Positions 41,877 to 50,727 of a stretch of 64,000 bases of DNA are shown in pieces. The position numbers and the translations under genes are program-made. Position 1 is the first letter of the stretch. The number at the start of each line of letters is the position of its first letter. A model generated the notes under the pieces. That model saw only the letters and a program-made list of their open reading frames with translations. It made no database searches and had not been told where the DNA came from. The stretch comes from Candidatus Zixiibacteriota bacterium (GTDB taxonomy: Bacteria; Zixibacteria; MSB-5A5; UBA10806; 4484-95): contig JAOZPT010000001.1 of the NCBI GenBank assembly GCA_029932605.1, forward strand, positions 57,059 to 121,058. The letters run 5' to 3'.

Positions 41877-42547
41877 TGATTGCGATGCTCCTCATATTAT
41901 CACTAACATTATCTTCACCACCTTTAACCGATCAGGGTGATTCTATTCGACATGATTTGGAACCAGAATTGAATAAATCACGATTTTCGTTGTCAGATTT
42001 TAAGTCTATAGCTTTTGCACCCACCCAGATTGCCCAGGTTTATTCAGACCCAAAATTGAAAAATTTGAAAGATGCCGAGCTTGCACCGGAAAATCAGATA
42101 AAATTATATGAAAATTTCACAGATTGTCTTTGCCGGGACCTGGCGGATAAGATAAAGAATATCGAATTTTTATGTTATGATGATATCAGGAAGAGGTTGG
42201 ATGATATCGAGCTTTGGAACGATTTTAATCTTTATTTCACCGGTAAAGCGCATATCAGTCAGGAAATCTGCATGTTATATGCTGAGCAGTTACAGGTTCA
42301 GGGAGTGATCACTTCCAGTTTGATGTTCAGTTATTATGAGAACCCCGATAAAAGCAGGTGTATTGAGGTGTTATTTGAGGGAGGTTTAATCGACCTTAGA
42401 GACAGCGAGCAGGTTTGGAGAGTTAAGAGCAAGTGTAATAAAACCATGTCAGTTTCAACGAATGACCTCGAACTCGAATACACATGTTTTAAGCAGGCCG
42501 GTGATGAGTTTATTAATAAATTCTCTATTTCGGGTAGAGGTGAATAG
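41876..42547 (+). CDS. Secreted hypothetical protein inserted in cassette 1
   Basis: Short signal-like N-terminus, several Cys, TAATG overlap with the B1 stop; no paralog in cassettes 2 or 3. Confidence 0.65.
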   Translation: MIAMLLILSLTLSSPPLTDQGDSIRHDLEPELNKSRFSLSDFKSIAFAPTQIAQVYSDPKLKNLKDAELAPENQIKLYENFTDCLCRDLADKIKNIEFLCYDDIRKRLDDIELWNDFNLYFTGKAHISQEICMLYAEQLQVQGVITSSLMFSYYENPDKSRCIEVLFEGGLIDLRDSEQVWRVKSKCNKTMSVSTNDLELEYTCFKQAGDEFINKFSISGRGE

Positions 42548-42553
42548 ATTAGC

Positions 42554-43420
42554 ATGTCTTTTTTTGATGCCATAAAGAATATTGACCGTCGGATAATATT
42601 TTTATTTATCGCTTTATCGGTGATTATACCGCTTTTGGCTCGTATTGAGTTTACGGAGCGAGCTGGGCCCATTGTGAAAAATATTTTCGACAAGGTAGAA
42701 TCTTTACCAGCAGGCTCGCGGGTTTTACTTTCTCTTGACTATGGACCATCCACCGTTCCCGAGATCCAGCCTATGGTCAACGCCCTGGTACGCCACTGTA
42801 ACGAGAAGCAGCTTAAGATATATTTTATGTGTCTCTGGGCCACTGGCCAGAATCTGACCACCATTACCATCGATTCGGTCCAGGCTAAAGAGTTTCCTGA
42901 AAAGGTTTATGGTGTTGATTATGTGAACCTTGGTTACAAAGCTGGTAATGAGGGGTTGATCAATGTGATTATTACCGATATGAAAAAAATGTATACCACT
43001 GATGTTCATGGTACTGATATAAACAAACTGGAGATAATGAAACCGGTACGAAACCTTACCAGCTTCGATTTGATTGTAGGTCTGGGTGGTGGTACACCCG
43101 GAATAAAGGAATGGATATTATTCGCTGGTGATCCGGGGGGTATACCTGTAGCGGGTGGTTGCACAGCGGTACAAGCGCCTTTGTTATACCCTTATTGGCC
43201 AAACCAGCTACTGGGCTTACTGGGTGGTATAAAGGGTGCGGCTGAGTACGAATCGGAGTTAATTAAGCATTATCCGAAATACAAGTCACAATCCCATCCT
43301 GGTATCAACATGATGGGCCCACAGGCAATTGCTCATATTGTTATAATGGTGTTTATAATTATAGGTAATATTACGTTTTTTATTGAACGTTCACGTGAGA
43401 AAAAAGGGAAGCTGGGTTAG
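42554..43420 (+). CDS. Cassette 1 subunit C: TM + soluble alpha/beta domain + TM
   Basis: IDRR, DY.P....E..P, YGVDYVNLGY, G.KGAAEYE and Q.IAH...IIGN motifs are shared with the 47144 and 50728 paralogs. Confidence 0.8.
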   Translation: MSFFDAIKNIDRRIIFLFIALSVIIPLLARIEFTERAGPIVKNIFDKVESLPAGSRVLLSLDYGPSTVPEIQPMVNALVRHCNEKQLKIYFMCLWATGQNLTTITIDSVQAKEFPEKVYGVDYVNLGYKAGNEGLINVIITDMKKMYTTDVHGTDINKLEIMKPVRNLTSFDLIVGLGGGTPGIKEWILFAGDPGGIPVAGGCTAVQAPLLYPYWPNQLLGLLGGIKGAAEYESELIKHYPKYKSQSHPGINMMGPQAIAHIVIMVFIIIGNITFFIERSREKKGKLG

Positions 43421-43421
43421 G

Positions 43422-44105
43422 ATGCATATATCTGCAAATATCATGGTCTGGTTTGGCGCTTTCTTGACTCTTTCTATCCTTTCATTTTTGTATAAGGACA
43501 ATGTGTTTTATAAATTCGCTGAACATTTATTCGTTGGTGTTTCGGCGGCTTACTGGATGGTTATCGGTATTTGGGGAACCCTGTTTCCGAATTTGATTGC
43601 CAAGATTTATCCTGGTGGTGTAAGGTTCGTTTTACCTTCCCTGGCTGATCGTCCACCTGAATACTATTATATCATACCTGCCATACTGGGTATCCTTCTT
43701 CTAATGAGGCTCTCCAGGAAATTAGGCTGGATATCCCGCTGGCCGTTAGCGTTTATCGTGGGGACAACTGCTGGATTTAATCTTGTTCGTTATCTCCGTT
43801 CGGATTTCATTGGCCAGGTAAGAAACACCCTGATACCACTTATAGTTATAAAAGATGGTTCGTTTAATTTCATAGGTAGTTTTTCTAATACGGTGATTAT
43901 TGTAGGGGTTCTCTGTGGACTGATATATTTCTTCTTTTCCAAAGAGCATAAAGGAGCCTTCGGTGTTGCCAGCCGGATTGGAATATGGATTTTGATGATA
44001 ACATTTGGTGCTGGATTTGGTTACACGGTTATGGCTCGTATTTCGCTGTTGGTTGGAAGAATGCAATTTTTAATGGGCGATTGGTTAGGAATAATAAACA
44101 GGTGA
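43422..44105 (+). CDS. Cassette 1 subunit D: polytopic membrane protein of unknown function
   Basis: AFLTL.I.SFLYKDN.FY..AE...G, ISRWP.AF, YFFFS..HKG and LMI.FG..FG.TVM.R motifs are shared with the 47986 and 51593 paralogs. Start moved to ATG 43422. Confidence 0.8.
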   Translation: MHISANIMVWFGAFLTLSILSFLYKDNVFYKFAEHLFVGVSAAYWMVIGIWGTLFPNLIAKIYPGGVRFVLPSLADRPPEYYYIIPAILGILLLMRLSRKLGWISRWPLAFIVGTTAGFNLVRYLRSDFIGQVRNTLIPLIVIKDGSFNFIGSFSNTVIIVGVLCGLIYFFFSKEHKGAFGVASRIGIWILMITFGAGFGYTVMARISLLVGRMQFLMGDWLGIINR

Positions 44106-45226
44106 AGAAAGTCACGGTTTTTATAGCGGTGTTCCCGATGTTATTTTTTTCCTGTGGTAAGGGAATAGTTTCACCGTCAAAACTTCTTGAGAAGTATTAC
44201 GGCTATCTAAAAAAAAACGATATAGAATCTGCTAACACATTATGGCACGATTCATTTGAATGCGGTTATAAGCTGGTCGACTGGCATTTCGCACCACCAT
44301 TGACAGATCAGGTATCTCTTTATGCTTCGTATGAACGCAATGTAACGGTAGTCAGAGAAAATGAAAACGTAGCCTTGATGAAACTCGACCTTATATCAGG
44401 TGAAGGTGATACTTTGAGGCTTGATTATTGTGCAAAGAAAATTAGCGACAGGTGGAAACTTGTTAATTCTCCCGAGATTGAATGTGCTAACTGGGATTCG
44501 GTCTTAATTGGTGATATTGTTGTCAGACATAGTCCGACCTATAGTTACAGTAAACTGTTTTATTCGTCTTTGGCAGCCCTATATGGCAAGGCTAAAATTT
44601 TACTTGGGTACGAAGATGGGAAAAAAAGGCAGGTCTTTTTGGTGCCTTCGCAGGCCGGCGTATCCTTTCTATCGTATTCTTTTAAACTTATACCGTCGAG
44701 GTCTTTTTCTGCATGTGGAATTGTGTTCTCGAAATATACTTTAGAGAGCCGACATCGTGATATGATTAATATAAATGCCCGGTTAGCTGCCCGTGAGTTA
44801 ATCCATGTTGTTGCTTTTGATATATTCGGTCATGATGGTTACTCCGTGCCTTTATTAAGGGAAGGATTGGCTACTTATTTTTGTGGCACTGACGGTATCC
44901 CGACCGAGGTTTGCATGTCCCAGGCGATTAATATGGTTGATTCGATACCCTCGTTAAGTGAACTCCTCGACTTAGATGTATTTTATTCCCACAGAAACTT
45001 ATATTATGGTGCTGCCGCTACTTTTATAGACTTTTTGGTTAATAAGTATGGTTGGGATAAATTGAAAGAAATTTATAAACGATCATCCTCGATTGAGGAT
45101 TTTAAGATTTCAATTGAGTCTATTTCTAGTTTGGATTCGTTGGATGTGATGTGGAAGAATTATATCAGGGGTTTACATGTGGAGATACCAAAAACCTGGC
45201 GGGGTATGACAGATTTTGAAATATAA
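44102..45226 (+). CDS. Lipoprotein with peptidase MA (gluzincin)-like domain and a degenerate zinc motif
   Basis: GTG start overlapping the D1 stop gives MKKVTVFIAVFPMLFFSC (lipobox). RELIH stands in place of HExxH, followed by LREGLATY and Y..A..F.DFL..KYG..KL. Confidence 0.7.
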   Translation: MKKVTVFIAVFPMLFFSCGKGIVSPSKLLEKYYGYLKKNDIESANTLWHDSFECGYKLVDWHFAPPLTDQVSLYASYERNVTVVRENENVALMKLDLISGEGDTLRLDYCAKKISDRWKLVNSPEIECANWDSVLIGDIVVRHSPTYSYSKLFYSSLAALYGKAKILLGYEDGKKRQVFLVPSQAGVSFLSYSFKLIPSRSFSACGIVFSKYTLESRHRDMININARLAARELIHVVAFDIFGHDGYSVPLLREGLATYFCGTDGIPTEVCMSQAINMVDSIPSLSELLDLDVFYSHRNLYYGAAATFIDFLVNKYGWDKLKEIYKRSSSIEDFKISIESISSLDSLDVMWKNYIRGLHVEIPKTWRGMTDFEI

Positions 45227-45245
45227 AGATGCATGGAGGTAGCTT

Positions 45246-46499
45246 ATGAACCATATTGACTGGTTTCCTCGAAAATTGGGGATTATTAGCTTGGTACTTT
45301 TGGTGATAACTTGGGGAGGTGTATTGGCTCAGGCCCCCAAGGATGTGTTATCTGCAGATAGCCTTGGGGCACCCGCACCAGCTCCTCCGACCAATGTTAG
45401 AGTGATTGATAAGCCAAATGATGCTGGTCATGGGCTAATAATCCGGTGGGATTTATCAGCTGATGATACTTCTGGGTTGAAGAATGTTGACAGGTATGAA
45501 GTATTACGGTCGGATGCACCTGATGGGGAATTCATATCGCGGGGTATCGTTTTCAGGGGTGTAAATGAATACGAGGATGTTGATGACATGAAACCGACAG
45601 CTTCCAGTCCCAATCCGAATTATATGGCTGAGGGCAGTACCTGGTTCTACAAAGTAGTGGCTCTATCAAACCAGCAGGTCTACTCCGAACCGTCAGAGAT
45701 AGTTGTTGGAACCACAAGGGAAAATTTATTTCACTGGGGTAAATTACCGATTCTGATAGCGGTAATAATATTCACTGCCTACTTGTTGAATTTTATTATT
45801 TCGGCTAAAAAGGGTAAGAAGCTTTACATCAGGCCATTGGCGGGAATCGATGCAGTTGATGATGCCATTGGCAGGGCTACTGAAATGGGCAAACCGATAC
45901 TGTTTATCCTTGGCCTGGGGACTGCCGCTGACATAGCCACGATTGCTGGTTTCACGATTTTGTCGCGTGTTGCTAAAAAGACTGCTGAGTATCAAACAAG
46001 AGTGCTTGTTCCGGTTCAGGATCCTGTGGTTTTGGCTGTTGCCCAGGAAACGGTGCGAACAGCGTATCTTGAGGCCGGTCGTCCAGACCAGTACAATTCC
46101 GATAACATTTTTTATGTTACAGCCATGCAATTCCCTTATGTGGCGGCGGTTAATAGTATCATGCTTCGTGAAAAACCCGCCACTAACTTCTATATGGGTC
46201 TGTTTTACGCTGAATCGTTACTTCTGGCCGAAACTGGTAATATCGCTGGCTCAATTCAAATATCAGGTACCGACCAGATAGCTCAGCTTCCATTTTTTGT
46301 AGCGGCGACTGACTTTACGTTAATAGGTGAGGAGTTATATGCAGCTTCAGCCTATCTGTCTCAAGAGCCTGTTCAGCTCGGAACATTGAAAGCCCAGGAT
46401 TACACCAAAGCTATCATCATGATAATCATCATCTTAGGTGCGATAGCTATCACTGGTAAGTGGACTTTTATAAGGGATATTATAACCATCCACCTGTAA
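45246..46499 (+). CDS. Cassette 2 subunit A (FN3-like + DUF6754-like)
   Basis: Paralog of 39914: PPTNV...DKPNDAG, IRPLAGIDAVDDAIGRATEMGKP and IGEELYAASAYLS. GGAGG RBS. Confidence 0.8.
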   Translation: MNHIDWFPRKLGIISLVLLVITWGGVLAQAPKDVLSADSLGAPAPAPPTNVRVIDKPNDAGHGLIIRWDLSADDTSGLKNVDRYEVLRSDAPDGEFISRGIVFRGVNEYEDVDDMKPTASSPNPNYMAEGSTWFYKVVALSNQQVYSEPSEIVVGTTRENLFHWGKLPILIAVIIFTAYLLNFIISAKKGKKLYIRPLAGIDAVDDAIGRATEMGKPILFILGLGTAADIATIAGFTILSRVAKKTAEYQTRVLVPVQDPVVLAVAQETVRTAYLEAGRPDQYNSDNIFYVTAMQFPYVAAVNSIMLREKPATNFYMGLFYAESLLLAETGNIAGSIQISGTDQIAQLPFFVAATDFTLIGEELYAASAYLSQEPVQLGTLKAQDYTKAIIMIIIILGAIAITGKWTFIRDIITIHL

Positions 46500-46512
46500 C
46501 CCGGAGATTTGC

Positions 46513-47130
46513 ATGAAAAGAGAAATACCGTTATTAATTGTCGGGATATCAGGTTTTGCTATGTTGATACAATATTTTATCCCGACTGATTGGTCAGAAT
46601 TTATTTTTACCTATGCTCAGGACTGGGTGATTGTTATTGGGATTCTGGCACTTCCTCTTGGTATCTGGAGTTTGGTTAAAGCCAATGTGGAGAAATTAAA
46701 GGTGCCTGGTGAGAGGTTTTACTCGGCTGTCCTGCTGATTGGATTTTTAGTTATGGTATTAACAGGTTTGAAACGTGAAAGCCTTGAATACGGTACTGCT
46801 TTTATGACGATTTTCACAAACGTATTAATTCCAATTCAAGCCACCATTTTTTCTCTGTTAGCTTTCTTTATAGCCAGTGCGGCTTACCGTGCATTCCGAG
46901 CCAGGTCTGTTTTGGCAACGATCCTTCTTTTGACAGCTTTTATAATAATGTTTCGTTTTATTCCACTGGGGCCAATTTCGACAGTCAATCTCAGTGCTGT
47001 AGCTTGGACTCTCTCAGTGCCAAATATGGCGGCCAAGCGGGCGATCATGATGGGTATAGGTTTGGGAGCAACTGCTACGGCCATCAAAATCATCCTTGGC
47101 ATCGAACGAACCTATATGGGTCATGATTAA
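46513..47130 (+). CDS. Cassette 2 subunit B
   Basis: MKREIPL, TIFSLLAFFIASAAYRAFRA and PNMAAKRAIMMGIGLG...ILGIER. Confidence 0.8.
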   Translation: MKREIPLLIVGISGFAMLIQYFIPTDWSEFIFTYAQDWVIVIGILALPLGIWSLVKANVEKLKVPGERFYSAVLLIGFLVMVLTGLKRESLEYGTAFMTIFTNVLIPIQATIFSLLAFFIASAAYRAFRARSVLATILLLTAFIIMFRFIPLGPISTVNLSAVAWTLSVPNMAAKRAIMMGIGLGATATAIKIILGIERTYMGHD

Positions 47131-47143
47131 TGGGAGTTGAGAT

Positions 47144-47986
47144 ATGAGAGATTTTTTAGAAAAGATGATGCTCATAGATCGGCGCTGGATTTACCTGGCA
47201 ATTGGCCTTGCTGTGATTATCCCCGCCATCAAATCCTTCCATGTCCCGGTTGCTGTTTCTCCTGAGGTGAGGAAGGTGTATGATTTTGTGGATGATGCTA
47301 AGCCAGGAGAGTATATTTTCCTCTGTTTTGACTATAATCCATCGACGATGGCTGAGATGAACCCAATGGCTTATGCTATTCTCAACCAGGCTTTCAATAA
47401 AGACCTCAAGGTGATACTTGTTACGCTTGACCAGTTTGGGGCTGGCATGGTTGAAGAGATTGCCACCAGAGTGGCGGCTAATCATAAGAAGGTACTTGGA
47501 GAGGATTATTGCTTTTTAGGTTATCGCCCCTATCCAGCGATAGTTATTCTGGCAATGGGAATTGATTTCAGGGTTCCCTTTCCCGCGGATTATTATGGCA
47601 CTCCGCTCGATTCCATGTCGGTTATGCAGGGGATAAAGAATTTTTATGATGTCAAAGGAGTTATAGAGATAACGGGAGGAAGTACCGCTGATTTCTGGAT
47701 CATTTACGGTAATGGCCGTTATGATTTTCCATTAGCTTTAGGCTTGACCGGAGTGATGTCTGCTGATTATTATCAATATCTACAATCGGGACAGATATTT
47801 GGGATAATTCCCGGCGTCAAAGGGGCAGCTGAATACGAAACCCTTGTTGGTTTTCCGGGTGAAGGTATGGCGCAGATGCCTTACCAAGTCATCGCCCATA
47901 TCGTGATACTGTTATTCATCATCATTTCCAACGTAGCTTATTTTGCTTCTCGTAAGAAAAAAGGGAAACTGGGAGGAGGTGTGTGA
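47144..47986 (+). CDS. Cassette 2 subunit C
   Basis: IDRRWIYL, DYNPSTMAEMNP, GEDYCFLGYRPYP, SGQIFG...GVKGAAEYE and QVIAH. Confidence 0.8.
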   Translation: MRDFLEKMMLIDRRWIYLAIGLAVIIPAIKSFHVPVAVSPEVRKVYDFVDDAKPGEYIFLCFDYNPSTMAEMNPMAYAILNQAFNKDLKVILVTLDQFGAGMVEEIATRVAANHKKVLGEDYCFLGYRPYPAIVILAMGIDFRVPFPADYYGTPLDSMSVMQGIKNFYDVKGVIEITGGSTADFWIIYGNGRYDFPLALGLTGVMSADYYQYLQSGQIFGIIPGVKGAAEYETLVGFPGEGMAQMPYQVIAHIVILLFIIISNVAYFASRKKKGKLGGGV

Positions 47987-48612
47987 TGACTACTGGTCAA
48001 CTTATTTTAAATGGTATAGCCGCATTTTTGACCCTTTGCATTTTCAGTTTTCTGTATAAGGATAACCCGTTTTATAAATTTGCTGAGCGATTGGTTGCTG
48101 GAGTGGCGACTGGTTACTGGACAATGTTGTTATACCATACGAACTTTACGGATAAGGTAATAGAGCCGATATTTATAAACGGCCAGTACCATTACATAAT
48201 TCCGGCTGTTCTGGGCATAATGATGTGGACCAGGTTTTCCAGGAAATGGTCTTGGATTTCTCGATACCCCATTGCTTTTTATATCGGTATAGGTTCAGGG
48301 GTATCTATTACCGTTTACCTGTACACATACCTTTTCAAACAACTACAGGCAACGATCAGTACCCCGTTAACGTTAGATTTAGCTGGTTTAAACGCTCTTA
48401 TTATTGTTATAGCTGTTTTATCTGCATTGATTTATTTCTTTTTCTCGTCAGCCCATAAAGGTATTTTTAATGTGGCCTCCAGGTTTGGCATTTATGTTAT
48501 TATGATAGGTTTTGGCGCTGGTTTTGGCCTTACCGTGATGGGACGTGTTGCCCTTTTGGTTCAGCGTATCATTTTCCTGCGTGATTATATCGTTGCCTTA
48601 TTTGGTGGATAG
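47986..48612 (+). CDS. Cassette 2 subunit D
   Basis: AFLTLCIFSFLYKDNPFYKFAE, ISRYPIAF and MIGFGAGFGLTVMGR. GGAGGAGG RBS; ATG at 47986 (GTG 47983 in the track). Confidence 0.8.
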   Translation: MTTGQLILNGIAAFLTLCIFSFLYKDNPFYKFAERLVAGVATGYWTMLLYHTNFTDKVIEPIFINGQYHYIIPAVLGIMMWTRFSRKWSWISRYPIAFYIGIGSGVSITVYLYTYLFKQLQATISTPLTLDLAGLNALIIVIAVLSALIYFFFSSAHKGIFNVASRFGIYVIMIGFGAGFGLTVMGRVALLVQRIIFLRDYIVALFGG

Positions 48613-48620
48613 AATGACAG

Positions 48621-48654
48621 AAGAGCGGGTGATCATTGTCAACCCGCTCTTTTT
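48621..48654 (+). terminator. Intrinsic terminator-like hairpin between cassettes 2 and 3
   Basis: AAGAGCGGGT-N11-ACCCGCTCTT, a perfect 10-bp stem followed by Ts, 8 nt after the D2 stop. Confidence 0.7.
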
Positions 48655-48710
48655 AAGTTGGGATATTAACAATTTTAAAAGCTGAACAAAAAAGTCTGAT
48701 TAACTTTGCT

Positions 48711-49883
48711 GTGAAAGTGTTTCTGGTGTTAATCGTTTCATGTTGGTTGACCGATATTTGGTTGTTTGCCAGCGAAGTTCCCTTTGATTCTGTCACTGTT
48801 GAACCACCTTCTATGGCAGGGGAAGTGTTAGTCAGAGATAAACCTAACGACACTGGTGGAACATTGATAATTCAATGGGCGATTTCTGCTGATGACACGG
48901 CTGCAGGCGCAGGTATTGATGGTTACATGGTTTACCGGTCGAAGAATGTTGATGGCCCATATAAGTTAATCCGTGTTCTTCCATCGGGTTCTATTAGCTT
49001 TGAGGATACCGGGCTTGATGATGGCCAAGCTTATTACTACAGGATCAGCTCTGTAAAGGACCAACTGGAGTCGCAGATTGTAGCTGGAGGCCCGGCAATT
49101 CCCTCTGGCCAATGGTATCACACAAAACGTACACCGATATTAGTTTTAATGATTCTTTTTTGTATCACCGCTGTAGTTTTTATCGTAAAGGCAAAAGGTG
49201 GTTATACGTTTTATGTGAGGCCGATAGCCGGCATAGATGCTGTTGATGAGGCTATCGGGAGGGCAACCGAGATGGGTCGCCCGATACTTTATGTGCCGGG
49301 CTTGGGCACTGCTGCCGATGTTGCAACTATTGCCGCTTTTACCATATTAGGGCGGGTTGCTCGTAAGGTTGCTGAATATAATACCCGGGTTATCTGTCCT
49401 AATTATGATCCTGTTGTTATGACAGTTTGCCAGGAGGTTGTTAAGGGGGCTTATTCGTCAGTGGGCAAGCCCGATATGTACGAGCCTAAGGATGTCTTTT
49501 TCATCACCCAAGATCAGTTTCCTTACACTGCTGCTGTCAATGGAATAATATTGAGAGAGAAACCGGCTACCAATTTTTACATGGGCATGTTTTATGCAGA
49601 ATCTCTGGTGTTAGCTGAAACAGGTTTCATAGCCGGTTCGATACAGATAGCCGGGACTGACCAACTTATCCAGATACCTTTTTTTGTATGCGCGTGTGAT
49701 TATGTGCTGATGGGTGAGGAACTATATGCGGCCAGCGCTTATCTATCCAAAGAGCCACAACAGCTCGGTACTCTCAAAGCCCAGGACTGGGGAAAAGTAG
49801 TTGTGGTGCTTTTAATAATTATCGGTACCGTGTTTTCGACAGTGGGCTGGAGCTGGTTTTCGGCACTGTTTGATATCGGGTGA
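48711..49883 (+). CDS. Cassette 3 subunit A (FN3-like + DUF6754-like)
   Basis: DKPNDTGG...W..SADD...Y.VYRS...YYYR, VRPIAGIDAVDEAIGRATEMGRP and MGEELYAASAYLS. Confidence 0.8.
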   Translation: MKVFLVLIVSCWLTDIWLFASEVPFDSVTVEPPSMAGEVLVRDKPNDTGGTLIIQWAISADDTAAGAGIDGYMVYRSKNVDGPYKLIRVLPSGSISFEDTGLDDGQAYYYRISSVKDQLESQIVAGGPAIPSGQWYHTKRTPILVLMILFCITAVVFIVKAKGGYTFYVRPIAGIDAVDEAIGRATEMGRPILYVPGLGTAADVATIAAFTILGRVARKVAEYNTRVICPNYDPVVMTVCQEVVKGAYSSVGKPDMYEPKDVFFITQDQFPYTAAVNGIILREKPATNFYMGMFYAESLVLAETGFIAGSIQIAGTDQLIQIPFFVCACDYVLMGEELYAASAYLSKEPQQLGTLKAQDWGKVVVVLLIIIGTVFSTVGWSWFSALFDIG

Positions 49884-50082
49884 CGATGATAACAATTGAA
49901 ATAAGGGGAATGTTTTTAATTCATAAATCAATTGTGTTGTTTTTGAATGTTTTTATACACAAGATAAAGATGGGATTTGAATTCGAATTATCTGGTGTAA
50001 AGGGTTATTGTAATAGACCCCTTTATGACAATCTTCATAGGTTAAATATTGTAAGTAAACCTCCAGGTTTTGGAAAGAACTG

Positions 50083-50727
50083 ATGAAGCGCGAACTTCCT
50101 CTAATGATAGTCCTGATTTTTGGTACGTTTATGGCGTTCCAGTATTTTGTACCGCACCGAATATCGTCAGATTTGTACCAGGAGTTCAATAACTGGACGA
50201 TTATTATCGGTATTTTCGCCATGGTTGTTGGCATCGGTTCACTTATCAGTCTCCATTACAACAGGATAAAATTCAAAAAACCCGGTTGGGGTTATTCGAC
50301 CGTGACCATAGTATGTTTAATAGGGATGATGTCAATTGGCTTGATTGGCGGCACTGAAAATGATCTGTTTTTAAAGCTTTATAGGCATGGTCTGGCGCCA
50401 GTGACCTCTACTATGTTTTCGCTTTTGGCTTTTTTCATAGCCAGTGCCGCTTATCGTGCTTTCCGTGCCAGGACGATCCTGGCCACTTTGCTTTTACTGG
50501 CGGCTGTAGTAGTGATGTTGGGAAGAGTCCCCATCGGTGAAATACTTACCGGTTGGTTGCCGAGACCGTTACAGTTTTCAGAGATTTCAAATTTCCTGTT
50601 GTATGTTCCCAACACGGCTGCCAAGCGAGCCATATTTATCGGTGTCGGACTTGGTGTTGCGGCCATGTCGTTAAAAATTATCCTCGGTATAGAGCGAACC
50701 TGGCTTGGCGGTGAAGGAAGAAAATAG
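50083..50727 (+). CDS. Cassette 3 subunit B
   Basis: MKRELPL, TMFSLLAFFIASAAYRAFRA, LGRVP and PNTAAKRAIFIGVGLG...ILGIER. Confidence 0.8.
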   Translation: MKRELPLMIVLIFGTFMAFQYFVPHRISSDLYQEFNNWTIIIGIFAMVVGIGSLISLHYNRIKFKKPGWGYSTVTIVCLIGMMSIGLIGGTENDLFLKLYRHGLAPVTSTMFSLLAFFIASAAYRAFRARTILATLLLLAAVVVMLGRVPIGEILTGWLPRPLQFSEISNFLLYVPNTAAKRAIFIGVGLGVAAMSLKIILGIERTWLGGEGRK

